A stretch of 64,000 nt of DNA from an uncultured Methanosarcinaceae archaeon (GCA_963721455.1 CAVRJG010000054.1:32001-96000), one strand, 5' to 3'; shown: positions 41,059 to 52,836, counted from the first letter of the stretch. Made by a program: numbers and translations. The notes: a model not told the origin generated them from the letters alone.

Positions 41059-42471
41059 TCATTTTTCTTTCAAATACTCGTCAATTGCCTTTGCTGCTTT
41101 CTTGCCTGCACCCATTGCGCTGATAACGGTTGCTGCGCCTGTCACCACGTCTCCGCCTGCAAAGACTCCGCACTTGGAGGTTGCGCCGGTTTCTTCGTCT
41201 GCAACTACAGTGCCCCTTTTGTTCTGCTCAAGGCCTTCCGAGCCTTTGAAGATTATGGGGTTCGGGGATGTGCCTATGGCGATAATTACAACATCGGCGG
41301 GGATTGTGAATTCCGAGCCTTCTACAGCGACAGGGCTTCTCCTGCCTGACTTGTCAGGTTCTCCAAGTTCCATTTTGATGCATTCGACGGCTGTAACATT
41401 GAACTTCTCATCGCCGAGGATGCGGACAGGGTTTGTAAGGAGCCTGAAAATTATGCCTTCTTCTTTAGCGTGCTCGATTTCTTCCCTGCGGGCTGGCATC
41501 TCGTCTTCCCCGCGGCGGTAGACTATGCTGACCTCGTCGGCACCCAGGCGGAGTGCAGAGCGGGCGGAATCCATTGCTACGTTTCCGCCTCCAACCACGA
41601 CAACGTGATTCCCGCGCCTGACTCTTGTGTCATATGCAGGGTCATAAGCTTTCATGAGATTTACGCGGGTCAGGAACTCGTTTGCGGAATATACGCCGTT
41701 GAAGTTTTCTCCCGGAATTCCCATAAAGCTTGGGAGGCCTGCGCCCGTGCCCAGGAAAACAGCGTCGAATTCATCGCAGAGTTCGTCTAAGGTCTTGATC
41801 CTGCCGATTATATAGTTGGGCCTGAACTCGACCCCTAGATTCTTGATATACTCTACTTCCTGTCGCACAATTTCTTTTGGCAGCCTAAACTCGGGGATGC
41901 CGTAACTCAGCACTCCGCCTGCTTTGTGCAGGGACTCAAAAACTGTAACTTTGTGGCCCAGCTTTGCGAGGTCTGCTGCGGCAGTAAGGCCTGCAGGCCC
42001 TGAGCCGACAACAGCTACCTTCTTTCCTGTGGGTTCGGGGATCTCAGAACCCTTTACACCTTTCTGGCGCTCATAGTCGGCGCAGAAACGTTCGAGCCTT
42101 CCGATTGCCACAGGCTGTCCCTTCTTTCCAAGTACGCAGAGAGCTTCGCACTGAGTTTCCTGAGGGCAGACGCGGCCGCAGATCGCAGGAAGGGCATTTG
42201 TGCCTTTAATTTTCTCGATCGCTCCTGCAAAATCTTCCTCGGAGACCAGTTTGATAAAGCCTGGAATATCCACATTCACAGGGCACCCTTCGACACACCT
42301 GGGGTCTTTACAGGAGAGACAGCGGGAAGCTTCGGCAAGAGCGTCTTCTTTCGTGTAGCTGAGAGTTACTTCGTTGAAATTCGTTCTGCGCTCGTCGGCA
42401 GGCTGCTCAGGCATCGGGGTTCTTTCTTTCTTTGCTTTTCCTGTATTTTCGTCGTCGTGTAATTCTTGCAT
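41059..42471 (-). CDS. nfnB: GltD-like flavoprotein (NfnB/SudA large subunit)
   Basis: RCLSCKDPRCVEGCP, CGRVCPQETQCE, GSGPAG, GGGNVAMD. Confidence 0.88.
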   Translation of the reverse strand: MQELHDDENTGKAKKERTPMPEQPADERRTNFNEVTLSYTKEDALAEASRCLSCKDPRCVEGCPVNVDIPGFIKLVSEEDFAGAIEKIKGTNALPAICGRVCPQETQCEALCVLGKKGQPVAIGRLERFCADYERQKGVKGSEIPEPTGKKVAVVGSGPAGLTAAADLAKLGHKVTVFESLHKAGGVLSYGIPEFRLPKEIVRQEVEYIKNLGVEFRPNYIIGRIKTLDELCDEFDAVFLGTGAGLPSFMGIPGENFNGVYSANEFLTRVNLMKAYDPAYDTRVRRGNHVVVVGGGNVAMDSARSALRLGADEVSIVYRRGEDEMPARREEIEHAKEEGIIFRLLTNPVRILGDEKFNVTAVECIKMELGEPDKSGRRSPVAVEGSEFTIPADVVIIAIGTSPNPIIFKGSEGLEQNKRGTVVADEETGATSKCGVFAGGDVVTGAATVISAMGAGKKAAKAIDEYLKEK

Positions 42472-42487
42472 TTTTCATCCCCTCCTT

Positions 42488-43333
42488 TTAGTGCAGTCCG
42501 CACCTGCATTCCTCTTCATACTTTTCCACGGCTTTTGTCTCTTCGCCGCGGTACATTGCAAGCCTGTTCATGAGTTCTACAAAGTCAACCTTCCGTGCGT
42601 CAAATTCAGGCCCGTCAACGCAGGTAAATTTCGTTTTTCCGTCAACTGTAACCCTGCAGCCGCCGCACATGCCTGTCCCGTCCACCATAATGGAGTTAAG
42701 ACTGACCAGGATTTCAACATCATAGGGAAAAGCTACTCCAGCCCCGACTTTCATCATGATTGGCGGTCCGATGATTACAACCCTTGAAACCTTTTCGCCG
42801 CTGTCCAGAATCCTTTTCATGATATCGGTCACAAATCCGTGATGACCTTTTGACCCATCATCGGTTGCGATATACAGTTCGGTACTGGCTTTTCTCATTT
42901 CGTCTTCAAGGATGAGAATATCTTTGTTCCGGGCTCCTATAATGGAAATTACCCTGTTGCCTGCTTTAGTATAAGCCTTTGCCTGGGGGTAAATAGGGGC
43001 AATTCCTACTCCTCCTCCGACAAGAATAACAGTGCCGAGTTTCCTGATATCGGCAGGGGTCCCAAGAGGTCCGACAAAATCTTCCAGAGACTCGCCTGCA
43101 GAGAGCTTTGCAAGCTGTTTTGTAGTCTTTCCCATCTCCTGGAATATCACGGTTACCGTGCCTTTCTCTTTTTCAAAATCGGCAATCGTGAGGGGGATCC
43201 TCTCCCCCCTTTCATCAATTCTGAGGATTACGAACTGTCCGGCTTTCGCAGCTTTTGCCACGTCAGGGGCATCTATGACCATGCTGTGCACCGACGGAGC
43301 GATTTCTTCCTTTTTCAGTATTTTATATGCCAT
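42488..43333 (-). CDS. nfnA: NfnA/SudB small subunit (PyrK-like)
   Basis: ERIPLTIAD and MVDGTGMCGGCRV...CVDGPEF, where Asp replaces the first Cys as is typical of NfnA. Start at MAYKIL. Confidence 0.88.
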   Translation of the reverse strand: MAYKILKKEEIAPSVHSMVIDAPDVAKAAKAGQFVILRIDERGERIPLTIADFEKEKGTVTVIFQEMGKTTKQLAKLSAGESLEDFVGPLGTPADIRKLGTVILVGGGVGIAPIYPQAKAYTKAGNRVISIIGARNKDILILEDEMRKASTELYIATDDGSKGHHGFVTDIMKRILDSGEKVSRVVIIGPPIMMKVGAGVAFPYDVEILVSLNSIMVDGTGMCGGCRVTVDGKTKFTCVDGPEFDARKVDFVELMNRLAMYRGEETKAVEKYEEECRCGLH

Positions 43334-43901
43334 GGGATCACATTTTCCTGAGTAAAAGCGTATTTTTTGAGCAAATGAATCGGTAAATTTTGATGTAGCG
43401 GAGCTTTGCACGGGTTTTTTCACTCCCGGGCTTTTCCTCCTGGGCGTTCCCCTTATACTGATTAATGGGATATATATTCTCCCAAATAATTTTAATGATT
43501 TTGTCTGTCGGGATCATTTTTTGTTAAATTGTAAATGCCAACTCTTTGATACTTCTGTCTTAAAAAGAGCCTGAATATTCTTCAACTTTTTGACCATGGT
43601 TACAATAATTTAATAAATCAAGTGGGTATAATAAATTTAGGGGTAAACCCCGGAAGAGGTTCAATCAGGAGTCGGATTAGTGGAAAGGGGGGATAAAGCA
43701 GAGATAGTACAAACGATAGCCATATCTTATATAACCAGATCTTATAGCCATATCTGAACTTGAAAAATTAAATCTTTTGTCGGAAGGGAAATTCGTCTAA
43801 TATATGATGTTATAGAGGACGGGATAGTTTCTTTCTGGCAGCCGAATTAAGAGTAAAACGTAACGGAAATGAGTTTTACACAATATATGGGGGTTAATTA
43901 A

Positions 43902-44042
43902 ATGCCGGAAGAAAGAAGAGAAGGTCCAAAGGGAGAAAAACTGGAGGAAAAAGAAGGGGAAGAAGTAGCTGACGTCGATCCAATCCATCCGACTGAAGCG
44001 CGTGGCGGCAAGAAGAGATCGCTCCTTGATACCTGCAAATAA
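43902..44042 (+). CDS. 46-aa small protein, copy 1
   Basis: MPEERREGPKGEKLEEKEGEEVADVDPIHPTEARGGKKRSLLDTCK; GGGGGT RBS. Confidence 0.65.
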   Translation: MPEERREGPKGEKLEEKEGEEVADVDPIHPTEARGGKKRSLLDTCK

Positions 44043-44225
44043 TCTTATTATTTTTTTATTTTTTAGCCAGATCTTATAGCCAGATCTTAACTTAAAATTT
44101 TTGCCGGAAGGGAAAATTCGTCTACTATATAATGTCATAGGGGGCGGGATAATTCTTTCTGGCAGCCGGATTAAGGGGAAAACGTAACGGAAATAAGTTT
44201 TACACAATATATGGAGGTTAAATAA

Positions 44226-44366
44226 ATGCCGGAAGAAAGAAGAGAAGGTCCAAAGGGAGAAAAACTGGAGGAAAAAGAAGGGGAAGAAGTAGCTGACGTC
44301 GATCCAATCCATCCGACTGAAGCGCGTGGCGGCAAGAAGAGATCGCTCCTTGATACCTGCAAATAA
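44226..44366 (+). CDS. 46-aa small protein, copy 2
   Basis: Identical ORF; GGAGGT RBS. Confidence 0.7.
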   Translation: MPEERREGPKGEKLEEKEGEEVADVDPIHPTEARGGKKRSLLDTCK

Positions 44367-44701
44367 CTAACCAGATTTGTAACTATTCAGCCTACCAAAA
44401 CCAGTTGATTGATATTGATTTTAAAAAACAGAGAAGTCTGATTACTAACTGGTAAGAATTAAAAAAACGCAATCAATTGCCAACAATTAAATAAAATCAA
44501 TTCACAAAAATTTGGCAATCGGATTTATAAAGATGGATATCGAGGTTGTTTTGCTTGGGCTGAATAGTTACCCCGATTTTTTATTTGGGCATGTTATTGG
44601 AAGAATATCATGTGCGTTTTCTTTATCTCTTTATTGTGCTTTATTTTCTCTATTGTTTCCACAAATTATATATGGGCATATGCGCATATATCAATATAAT
44701 T

Positions 44702-45808
44702 ATGCTTGAGAATAAAGTGAAATTTTTTAAAGCCCTTGCAGATGGGACCAGGCTTACTATCCTTTCTTATTTGCTGGAGCATAGTTACTGTGCCTGCGAT
44801 TTTCCTTCCCTTACTGAAAAGGACCAGTCAACAGTTTCAAAGCACCTTAAGGTGCTCTTTGAAGCCGGGATTTTAAAATATGAAAAAAAGGGACGGAATA
44901 TCATCTACACCATCAGGAATCAGGAAACCGAAAATCTGCTTGTGTCCCTTGGAATCAGGGAGATAAAACCCTGCTGCAACAGCCCGAAAGACTCCGGGGC
45001 TTTTTTCACGGATGAAATTACGCATAAAAAAGAACTTATTGATAAAAAAGAGGGTGATATAATGGATGCAGGTGAAAAGAAGGCTGTAATCAAAAAGAAA
45101 TACGGAGAAATTGCATTGGCAGGCGGTTCCTGTTGTTTCGGCGGCTCCTGTTGCGATTCGAGTGCTACAGATCTGTCTAAATCGATTGGGTATTCTGAGG
45201 ACGACCTCAGAGCTGTTCCAGACGCAAATCTGGGTCTTGGATGCGGCAACCCGACAGCTTTTGCAGAACTGAAACCCGGTGATGTTGTCCTTGATCTCGG
45301 CTCAGGAGCAGGATTTGACTGTTTCCTTGCGGCACAGAAAGTTGGAAGCTCAGGGAAAATAATCGGAGTTGACATGACGCAGATCATGCTCGAGAAAGCG
45401 CAGGTCAATGCCCTGAAATATGGCTATTCAAATGTCGAGTTCCGCCTCGGAGATATTGAAGCACTTCCGGTTGAGAGCAGGTCAATAGATGTCATAATCA
45501 GCAACTGCGTAATTAACCTGGCTCCGGACAAAGAAACGGTTTTCAGGGAAGCCTTCAGGGTTCTGAAGCCGGGAGGCAGGATGTATATTTCGGATATGGT
45601 TCTTCTGGCTGAGCTTCCTGAAGACCTGAAAAATGACAAAGACCTGCTGGCAGGCTGTGTTGCAGGTGCGCTGTTAAAAGAAGAGTATCTCAGGCTTTTG
45701 AAAAAGGCCGGGTTTTCAATTGAAATTCTCGATGAAGATTCGGATATAAGCAAAAGGCAGTATGGGGAGCTGCCTGTGGAGAGCTTGAAACTGAAGGCGT
45801 GGATATAA
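44702..45808 (+). CDS. arsM: ArsR-family regulator fused in frame to arsenite methyltransferase
   Basis: [11 protein letters not shown]...[14 protein letters not shown]; then from M at 45062 [27 protein letters not shown]. Confidence 0.88.
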   Translation: MLENKVKFFKALADGTRLTILSYLLEHSYCACDFPSLTEKDQSTVSKHLKVLFEAGILKYEKKGRNIIYTIRNQETENLLVSLGIREIKPCCNSPKDSGAFFTDEITHKKELIDKKEGDIMDAGEKKAVIKKKYGEIALAGGSCCFGGSCCDSSATDLSKSIGYSEDDLRAVPDANLGLGCGNPTAFAELKPGDVVLDLGSGAGFDCFLAAQKVGSSGKIIGVDMTQIMLEKAQVNALKYGYSNVEFRLGDIEALPVESRSIDVIISNCVINLAPDKETVFREAFRVLKPGGRMYISDMVLLAELPEDLKNDKDLLAGCVAGALLKEEYLRLLKKAGFSIEILDEDSDISKRQYGELPVESLKLKAWI

Positions 45809-46123
45809 GACGGAGTTTCTTTTCAGTTTCTTTATTTTTACTTCTTTTTTATGAACGAACTGACTAACGTTTTCAAACATAATAAATTAAAAATATTGGT
45901 TGAAAATGATAGTCAGAAGAATATGAATTTGAAGATACGAACCCAAAATTAATACTTTCTGACTTTAATTATTTTTTGGGCAAAGATTATTTAATAACTC
46001 TCTTTGTATATACTCTAATCTCGTGTTTTTGAGCGTATCTATAACCTCTTTATTTCAAAATTGATCTATATACCCTGAATAAGATAATTTAAGATTACAT
46101 CCGTTTACCGATATCTAAAGGAG

Positions 46124-47500
46124 ATGACAGGCATAAAATCGATAATTCTTGCAGGTGGCTCAGGAACGCGACTCTGGCCTCTCAGCCGGGAAATGTATCC
46201 CAAGCAATTTTTAAAGTTTGGCAGTACATCTCTTTTCCAGGAAACCGTTCTCCGATGCCTTGAAGTTTCTGACATTTCAGAAATTTTTGTTGTAACGAAC
46301 GAAGCTCAGAAATTTTTCGTAATCGGGCAGATCAAGGAAATAGGGTACTCGATCCCTGCCGAGAATGTTTTAATTGAACCCGAAGGCAAGAATACGCTTC
46401 CTGCAATCTTCTTCGGAATGAAAGAGATTGAGAAGAAATTTGGGCAATCTATAGTAGGAGTATTCTCTTCAGATCATGTCCTCGACAGAGCTGCAATGAA
46501 GACAATTTCTTCGGCTGAAGAGCTGGCTTCGGATTTCCTGGTCACCTTTGGGGTTGTACCTGATTTTCCTCATACCGGGTACGGTTATATTAAAATCTCA
46601 GAAGCCTGTGAGCCGGGTTACAGAGTTTCGGAATTTAGAGAAAAGCCGGATTTGGAAACTGCGGAAAAGTACATTCAAGAAGGCTGCCTCTGGAATAGTG
46701 GCATGTTTCTTTTCGAGACAGGGCTTTTCTTTGAGGAAGTTAAGAAACACGCACCGTCTGTTTTCGCATGTTTTGAGGACGGAAAGGACATTAATGAGAT
46801 TTATGCAAATGTGGACAGGATTTCCATAGACTATGGAATAATGGAAAAGTCAGATAGAGTCGCAGTTGTAAAGCTGGACCAGAAATGGAGCGATCTTGGA
46901 AATTTTGCGGCAATCTACGATGAGTTCGAAAAAGACTCCGTAGGAAACGTAATCCACGAATGTGATCCTCTGCTGCTTAACTCTGATGGAAATCTCGTAT
47001 TTTCAAAATGCGGTAAAATTGTTTCACTCATCGACGTTAAGGATATGGTCATTATCGATACCAGTGATGCTCTGTTAGTGTGCCCTAAATCCAGTAGCCA
47101 GAAGGTGAAGGATATTGTCTCCGTGCTTAAAGACAGAGACGACGAAAGGGCATATATAGGGCAGACAGTCTACCGGCCCTGGGGTTCGTATACCTTACTT
47201 GAAGTTTCTCCCGAGCATAAGATTAAAAATATCACTGTGCTTCCTGATCATAAGTTAAGCCTCCAGCTGCATTACCACAGGAGTGAACACTGGGTTGTTG
47301 TAAAAGGCATGGCATGTGTGGAAGTAAGCGGACAGCAGTTTTTCCTGAGACCCGGGGAAAGCACTTTTATCAGCGCAGGAGAGAAACACAGATTGTCCAA
47401 CCCCGGGAAGATTCCGCTTGAGATTATTGAAGTACAGTTAGGAGAACTTGTGGACGAAGCAGATATTGTCAGGTTTGAAGATGTCTATGGGAGGAACTGA
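46124..47500 (+). CDS. manC: Mannose-1-phosphate guanylyltransferase / mannose-6-phosphate isomerase
   Basis: ILAGGSGTRLWPLSR, WNSGMF, YRPWG, HRSEHW. Confidence 0.95.
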   Translation: MTGIKSIILAGGSGTRLWPLSREMYPKQFLKFGSTSLFQETVLRCLEVSDISEIFVVTNEAQKFFVIGQIKEIGYSIPAENVLIEPEGKNTLPAIFFGMKEIEKKFGQSIVGVFSSDHVLDRAAMKTISSAEELASDFLVTFGVVPDFPHTGYGYIKISEACEPGYRVSEFREKPDLETAEKYIQEGCLWNSGMFLFETGLFFEEVKKHAPSVFACFEDGKDINEIYANVDRISIDYGIMEKSDRVAVVKLDQKWSDLGNFAAIYDEFEKDSVGNVIHECDPLLLNSDGNLVFSKCGKIVSLIDVKDMVIIDTSDALLVCPKSSSQKVKDIVSVLKDRDDERAYIGQTVYRPWGSYTLLEVSPEHKIKNITVLPDHKLSLQLHYHRSEHWVVVKGMACVEVSGQQFFLRPGESTFISAGEKHRLSNPGKIPLEIIEVQLGELVDEADIVRFEDVYGRN

Positions 47501-47505
47501 TAAGT

Positions 47506-48058
47506 GTGAACGTAATAGACACGAAAATTAGCGACCTTTTTATACTTGAACCTAAAGTTTTTACGGATGACCGGGGCTATTTTTTTGAAAGCTATAATAA
47601 GACGACTCTGGATGACCTTTTAGGAAAAGAATACAAGTTTGTTCAGGACAATGAATCCAAATCGTCTTATGGAGTAATTCGTGGTCTCCATTATCAGTTA
47701 GCTCCTTACAGCCAGGCAAAACTTGTAAGAGTTCTGCAAGGGAAAGTATATGATGTTGCAGTAGATCTGAGGAAGGATTCCCCTACTTTTCGGGAATGGG
47801 TTGGGGTTGAACTTTCCGCTGAAAACAAAAGGCAGTTTTTAATTCCGAAAGGTTTTGCCCACGGTTTTTCCGTACTGAGCGAAACCGCCATCTTTGAATA
47901 TAAATGCGATGAATACTACCATCCTGAGGCTGAAGCAGGAATTATCTACAATGATCCGTCACTGAATATTGACTGGAAAATAGAAAACTGAGAATGTAAA
48001 GAGCTTTCCGAAAGGATCTGCTACTCCCAAAATTAGAAGAAACTAAAATGAATTTTTA
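47506..48058 (+). pseudogene. rfbC: dTDP-4-dehydrorhamnose 3,5-epimerase with a frameshifted 3' end
   Basis: DDRGYF, RGLHYQ, GFAHGF; stop at 47991, but the expected tail (LSE.KDLLLPKL) continues in shifted frames to 48058. Confidence 0.75.
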
Positions 48059-48157
48059 AAACTTAGGTAAAATTTTTATCCATTACTCGTAATTTACGGC
48101 ATCGCATTATCTATTAAAGTTCCAAGTATTTATTAACACACCAAGGGGTGACCTAAA

Positions 48158-49115
48158 TTGAAACTTCTGGTTACAGGGGGCTGCGGATTCATAGGCAGCA
48201 ACTTTATTCGTTACATGCTCGAAAAGTATCCCGAATTATCAAATTGTAAACCTTGACAAATTAACTTATGCCGGAAATCCTGCCAATCTCAAGGATCTTG
48301 AAAATAACCCGAATTACTCTTTTGTGCAAGGAGACATCTGTGATTCTAGAGCTGTTAATGAAGTGATGAAAAAAGTCGATAGTGTTGTGCATTTCGCAGC
48401 CGAAAGTCATGTTGACCGTTCAATTGAGGATGGCTCTATTTTTGTCAGAACAAATGTATTAGGGACAAATACTCTTCTGCAAAGTGCGCTTGCATATAAT
48501 ATCAAGAAATTTATCCATATTTCAACTGATGAAGTATATGGCAGCATTAAAGAAGGTTCTTTTACTGAAAAGGACAATTTGAATCCTTCAAGCCCTTATT
48601 CTTCAAGCAAAGCAGGTTCCGATCTTCTTGCAATGTCCTACTATACAACCTACGGCCTGCCCGTTTGCATAACCCGATGCACGAACAACTTCGGGCCTTA
48701 TCAGTATCCTGAAAAACTAATTCCGTTTTTTATCAGCAGATTGATGGAAGGGAAGAAGGTATCTGTCTACGGAACCGGTCTCAACATTCGTGACTGGATT
48801 TATGTTGAAGATCACTGTTCTGCAGTAGATTTTGTTCTTCACAACGGGACCAGTGGAGAAATATACAACATAGACGGCGGAAACGAACTTACAAACCTTG
48901 AAATTACTCAGCGCCTTCTTAAAATGCTTGGCAAAGATGAATCTTCAATCGAATATGTTGAAGACCGAAAAGGCCACGATTTCCGGTATTCCCTTGACGG
49001 CAGCAAACTTGAAAAAATGGGCTGGCAGCCTGAGTATGACTTTGACACTGCCCTTGAGCAAACAGTCCGATGGTATATTGAAAATCGATGGTGGTGGGAA
49101 CCATTAAAACGCTAA
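48158..49115 (+). pseudogene. rfbB: dTDP-glucose 4,6-dehydratase with a frameshift near 48234
   Basis: TTG-KLLVTGGCGFIGSNF is in one frame; YQIVNLDKLTYAGN...AESHVDRS is in another. Confidence 0.85.
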
Positions 49116-49897
49116 TTCTTGGTGCCGGCGGAATGCTCGGGTACGATCTTTGCAAAGTATTTCCAGATGCTGCGAAACTGACACATACAGATATTGACAT
49201 AACAGACAGAGAGCTGGTACTGAAATCCATCCGAAAAATAAAACCCGAGCTCGTAATAAATGCAGCAGCCTATACCGATGTTGACGGCTGTGAGGACAGG
49301 CAGGAACTGGCACTTCAGGTTAATGGGTATGCGCCTGGATATATTGCTGAAGCTTGCAATGAAATAGCTGCAACACTTGTACATTTCAGCACAGATTACG
49401 TATTTGACGGGTCAAAAAAAGAATATACAGAGTCCGGCATTCCTCATCCGATTAATGTATATGGTAGCTCAAAACTTCTTGGTGAACAGAAAATTGCAAA
49501 AAACCTGGACGATTATAGAATTATCCGGATTTCCTGGCTTTTTGGTACGCACGGAAAAAACTTTGTAGAAACAATGCTGAGATTATCCGGTGAGATGGCT
49601 CAGGTCAGAGTTGTCAATGATCAATTTGGAAAACCCACCTATACTGTAGACCTCGCGAATAAGATTGCGGAGATTGCTGAACTTGAAGCCGGGATATACC
49701 ATGTAACAAATGAGGGTGTATGTTCCTGGTACGAATTTGCATCTGCCGTCATAAATAATACTGTTCCCTGTACAAGTGAAGAATTTCCAAGGAAAGCCAG
49801 GCGTCCAAAATATTCGGTTCTTGTAAACACTAAAACCGGGCCTATGAGGCATTGGAAAGAAGCGCTTAAAGATTATCTGAAGGAGAGAAATGTATGA
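49088..49897 (+). CDS. rfbD: dTDP-4-dehydrorhamnose reductase
   Basis: GAGGMLG, STDYVFDG, YGSSK, DQFGKPT. Confidence 0.93.
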   Translation: MVVGTIKTLILGAGGMLGYDLCKVFPDAAKLTHTDIDITDRELVLKSIRKIKPELVINAAAYTDVDGCEDRQELALQVNGYAPGYIAEACNEIAATLVHFSTDYVFDGSKKEYTESGIPHPINVYGSSKLLGEQKIAKNLDDYRIIRISWLFGTHGKNFVETMLRLSGEMAQVRVVNDQFGKPTYTVDLANKIAEIAELEAGIYHVTNEGVCSWYEFASAVINNTVPCTSEEFPRKARRPKYSVLVNTKTGPMRHWKEALKDYLKERNV

Positions 49898-50604
49898 AAG
49901 GCGTAATACTCGCAGGCGGTACCGGCAGCAGGCTCTACCCCCTGACTAAAGTTACAAACAAGCATCTTTTGCCTGTCTATGATAAGCCAATGATCTTTTA
50001 TCCAATCCAGACTCTCATTGGAGCAGGTATCAAAGAGATAATGATCGTATCCGGTCGAGGACATGCCGGACATTTTCTTGAGCTTCTGGGATCAGGTGCA
50101 GATCTCGGAGTTAGATTTACGTACGAAATTCAGGAAGACGCCGGAGGTATCGCACAGGCACTTTATCTGGCAAAGGATTTTGTTGATAATGATAACGTGA
50201 CTGTTATTTTAGGGGACAATATCTTTCAGGACAAAGTGGATGATACTGTACGGCATTTTAACTATGGGGCTCAGATTTTTCTGAAAAGTGTGCCCGATGC
50301 TCAGAGGTTCGGTGTTGCCGAGATTGAAGTAAAAAATAAGAAAGTTATTTGTATTGAAGAAAAACCTCAGAACCCCAAATCCAACTATGCGGTTACAGGC
50401 CTGTATATCTATGATAAAAATGTGTTTAGTATAATAGAAACTTTAAAGCCTTCTGGCCGAGGAGAACTTGAAATAACGGATGTAAATAATCATTATATCC
50501 AACGTGGAGATATGAAGTATTCAATACTAAATGGCTATTGGAGTGATGCGGGTACTTTTGATAGTCTTTTAAAAGCAGGAAATTTAGTAAAAAACCAAAA
50601 ATAA
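49894..50604 (+). CDS. rfbA: Glucose-1-phosphate thymidylyltransferase
   Basis: LAGGTGSRLYP, PVYDKPMI, RGELEITD. Confidence 0.92.
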   Translation: MKGVILAGGTGSRLYPLTKVTNKHLLPVYDKPMIFYPIQTLIGAGIKEIMIVSGRGHAGHFLELLGSGADLGVRFTYEIQEDAGGIAQALYLAKDFVDNDNVTVILGDNIFQDKVDDTVRHFNYGAQIFLKSVPDAQRFGVAEIEVKNKKVICIEEKPQNPKSNYAVTGLYIYDKNVFSIIETLKPSGRGELEITDVNNHYIQRGDMKYSILNGYWSDAGTFDSLLKAGNLVKNQK

Positions 50605-50760
50605 TTAAGGTCAAGAAAATATTATTCCTGTAAGTTTTTAATGCTTTTTGATATCCCATTAAAATTACGGATTTAATTCTTCTTAATATTATCTCGCTTG
50701 ATGTAGTAAAATTTTATCTTTTATAGATTAATCAGAATTCCTAGTTAAAGTGGAGTAAAA

Positions 50761-51816
50761 ATGCCTAAAGTTGCATTGATCACAGGAATTACAGGTCAGG
50801 ATGGGGCTTACTTAGCGGAGTTTCTCCTTAATAAAGAATACACTGTACATGGTATAAAGCGGAGATCTTCTTCATTTAATACTGCAAGAATCGATCATCT
50901 TTATAAAGATCCTCACGAAAGAAATGTAAATTTTTTCATGCATTATGGCGACCTTACGGATTCTACCAATCTTATCCGTATAATACAGGAAACCCAGCCG
51001 GATGAAATTTATAATCTGGCAGCTCAGAGCCATGTTCAGGTATCCTTCGAAACCCCGGAGTATACGGCAAATTCCGACGGGCTGGGAACACTGCGCCTTC
51101 TGGAAGCGATTCGAATTCTGGGCCTTGAGAAAAAAACAAAATTCTACCAGGCTTCAACAAGTGAACTTTACGGGAAGGCCCAGGAAATTCCCCAGAAAGA
51201 AACAACTCCTTTCTACCCGAGAAGCCCGTACGCAGCAGCTAAACTATACGCATACTGGATTACGGTAAACTACCGCGAAGCGTACGATATTTTTGCATGT
51301 AATGGTATTTTATTCAACCATGAATCTCCTATTCGGGGGGAGACATTCGTTACCAGAAAAATTACCATGGCAGCCACAAAGATAAAGCACGGACTTCAGG
51401 AGAAGCTTTACCTTGGAAACCTTGATGCAAAAAGAGATTGGGGATTTGCAAAAGACTATGTGGAAGCAATGTGGCTGATTCTCCAGCAGGAATATCCAGA
51501 TGACTACGTAATTGCGACAGGAGAAACTCACTCAGTAAGGGAGTTTACGGAATTGGCGTTTAAGGAAGTAGGAATCGATATTTTGTGGAAAGGCGAAGAT
51601 ACCGAAGAAGTCGGAATAGATTCCAGTACAGGCAAAACCCTGGTAGAAATAGATCCCAGGTACTATAGGCCTACCGAAGTAGATTTACTGATGGGAGACC
51701 CCTCGAAAGCAAAGGAAAAACTTGGTTGGGAACCTAAAGTAAAATTGGAAGAACTGGTAAAAATTATGATAAAAGCCGATGAAAAGGCTGTAGAGCAAAA
51801 TCACTCTTTTGAATGA
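50761..51816 (+). CDS. gmd: GDP-mannose 4,6-dehydratase
   Basis: [21 protein letters not shown]. Confidence 0.96.
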   Translation: MPKVALITGITGQDGAYLAEFLLNKEYTVHGIKRRSSSFNTARIDHLYKDPHERNVNFFMHYGDLTDSTNLIRIIQETQPDEIYNLAAQSHVQVSFETPEYTANSDGLGTLRLLEAIRILGLEKKTKFYQASTSELYGKAQEIPQKETTPFYPRSPYAAAKLYAYWITVNYREAYDIFACNGILFNHESPIRGETFVTRKITMAATKIKHGLQEKLYLGNLDAKRDWGFAKDYVEAMWLILQQEYPDDYVIATGETHSVREFTELAFKEVGIDILWKGEDTEEVGIDSSTGKTLVEIDPRYYRPTEVDLLMGDPSKAKEKLGWEPKVKLEELVKIMIKADEKAVEQNHSFE

Positions 51817-51832
51817 AGTAAAGGTGGTTATT

Positions 51833-52771
51833 ATGGATAAAAGGTCAAAAATTTACTTAGCTGGCCACAGAGGCCTTGTGGGTTCAGCCCTTAAAAGAAA
51901 GCTTGAGTCAAAGGGCTACGACAATCTTATTTCCCGCACCCATAGAGAGCTTGACCTGACAAATCAGCAGGCGGTCAACGAATTTTTCGAAAAGGAAAAG
52001 CCAGAATATGTCTTTTTAGCCGCCGCAAAGGTTGGTGGGATTCTTGCCAATAACACGTACCCAGCCGAATTCATCTACGAAAATCTTATGATTGAAGCAA
52101 ATATTATTCATGCTTCGTATCGATACGGTGTAAAAAAATTACTTTTCCTGGGTTCTTCCTGCATTTACCCTAAACTCGCTCCCCAGCCTTTAAAAGAAAA
52201 ATATCTATTAACCGGCCCCCTCGAAGAAACAAATGAAGCCTATGCAGTTGCAAAGATTGCAGGGATCAGGCTCTGCAAACACTACAACCAGCAATATGGG
52301 ACTAACTTCGTCTCGGTAATGCCGACGAATCTTTACGGGCCGAATGATAATTTTGACCTTGAGACTTCGCATGTAATGCCTGCGCTGATCAGGAAATTTC
52401 ATGAAGCTAAGGTGAAGAATGAGCCTGAAGTTGTAATATGGGGTACCGGAAAACCATTTAGGGAGTTTCTTCATGTAGATGATATGGCTGATGCATGTGT
52501 TTATTTGATGGAAAACTTTAATACGGATGACATTGGAGAATTTGTTAATATCGGGGTAGGTAAAGATATTACGATAGGTGAATTAGCTGAATTGATTAAA
52601 GAGATTGTTGGGTTTGAAGGTGCAATCAGGAAAGATATTTCAAAACCTGACGGTACTCCACAGAAGCTACTTGATATTACAAAATTGAGCTCACTTGGGT
52701 GGGAAGCTAAAATCTTATTGAAAGAAGGGATTGAGCAAACTTATGAGTGGTATCAAAGTCAAATTAAATGA
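51833..52771 (+). CDS. fcl: GDP-L-fucose synthase
   Basis: GHRGLVG, AAKVGGI, SSCIYP, PTNLYGP. Confidence 0.95.
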   Translation: MDKRSKIYLAGHRGLVGSALKRKLESKGYDNLISRTHRELDLTNQQAVNEFFEKEKPEYVFLAAAKVGGILANNTYPAEFIYENLMIEANIIHASYRYGVKKLLFLGSSCIYPKLAPQPLKEKYLLTGPLEETNEAYAVAKIAGIRLCKHYNQQYGTNFVSVMPTNLYGPNDNFDLETSHVMPALIRKFHEAKVKNEPEVVIWGTGKPFREFLHVDDMADACVYLMENFNTDDIGEFVNIGVGKDITIGELAELIKEIVGFEGAIRKDISKPDGTPQKLLDITKLSSLGWEAKILLKEGIEQTYEWYQSQIK

Positions 52772-52836
52772 AGAGTTTGCGAAATATACTGGCTGGGTAA
52801 TGGAATTGAATGAAAGCCGTAGCTAAAAACAGGTAA

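Larger units (their letters stand above)
43735..44366. repeat. Tandem duplication, period about 324 bp
   Basis: Upstream halves are diverged; the 141-bp ORF halves are identical. Confidence 0.92.

Noticed and set aside
43797-44312. 171-aa minus-strand ORF with an internal repeat
   Set aside because: Antisense to the duplicated small ORF, which has the RBS and TATA-like signals.
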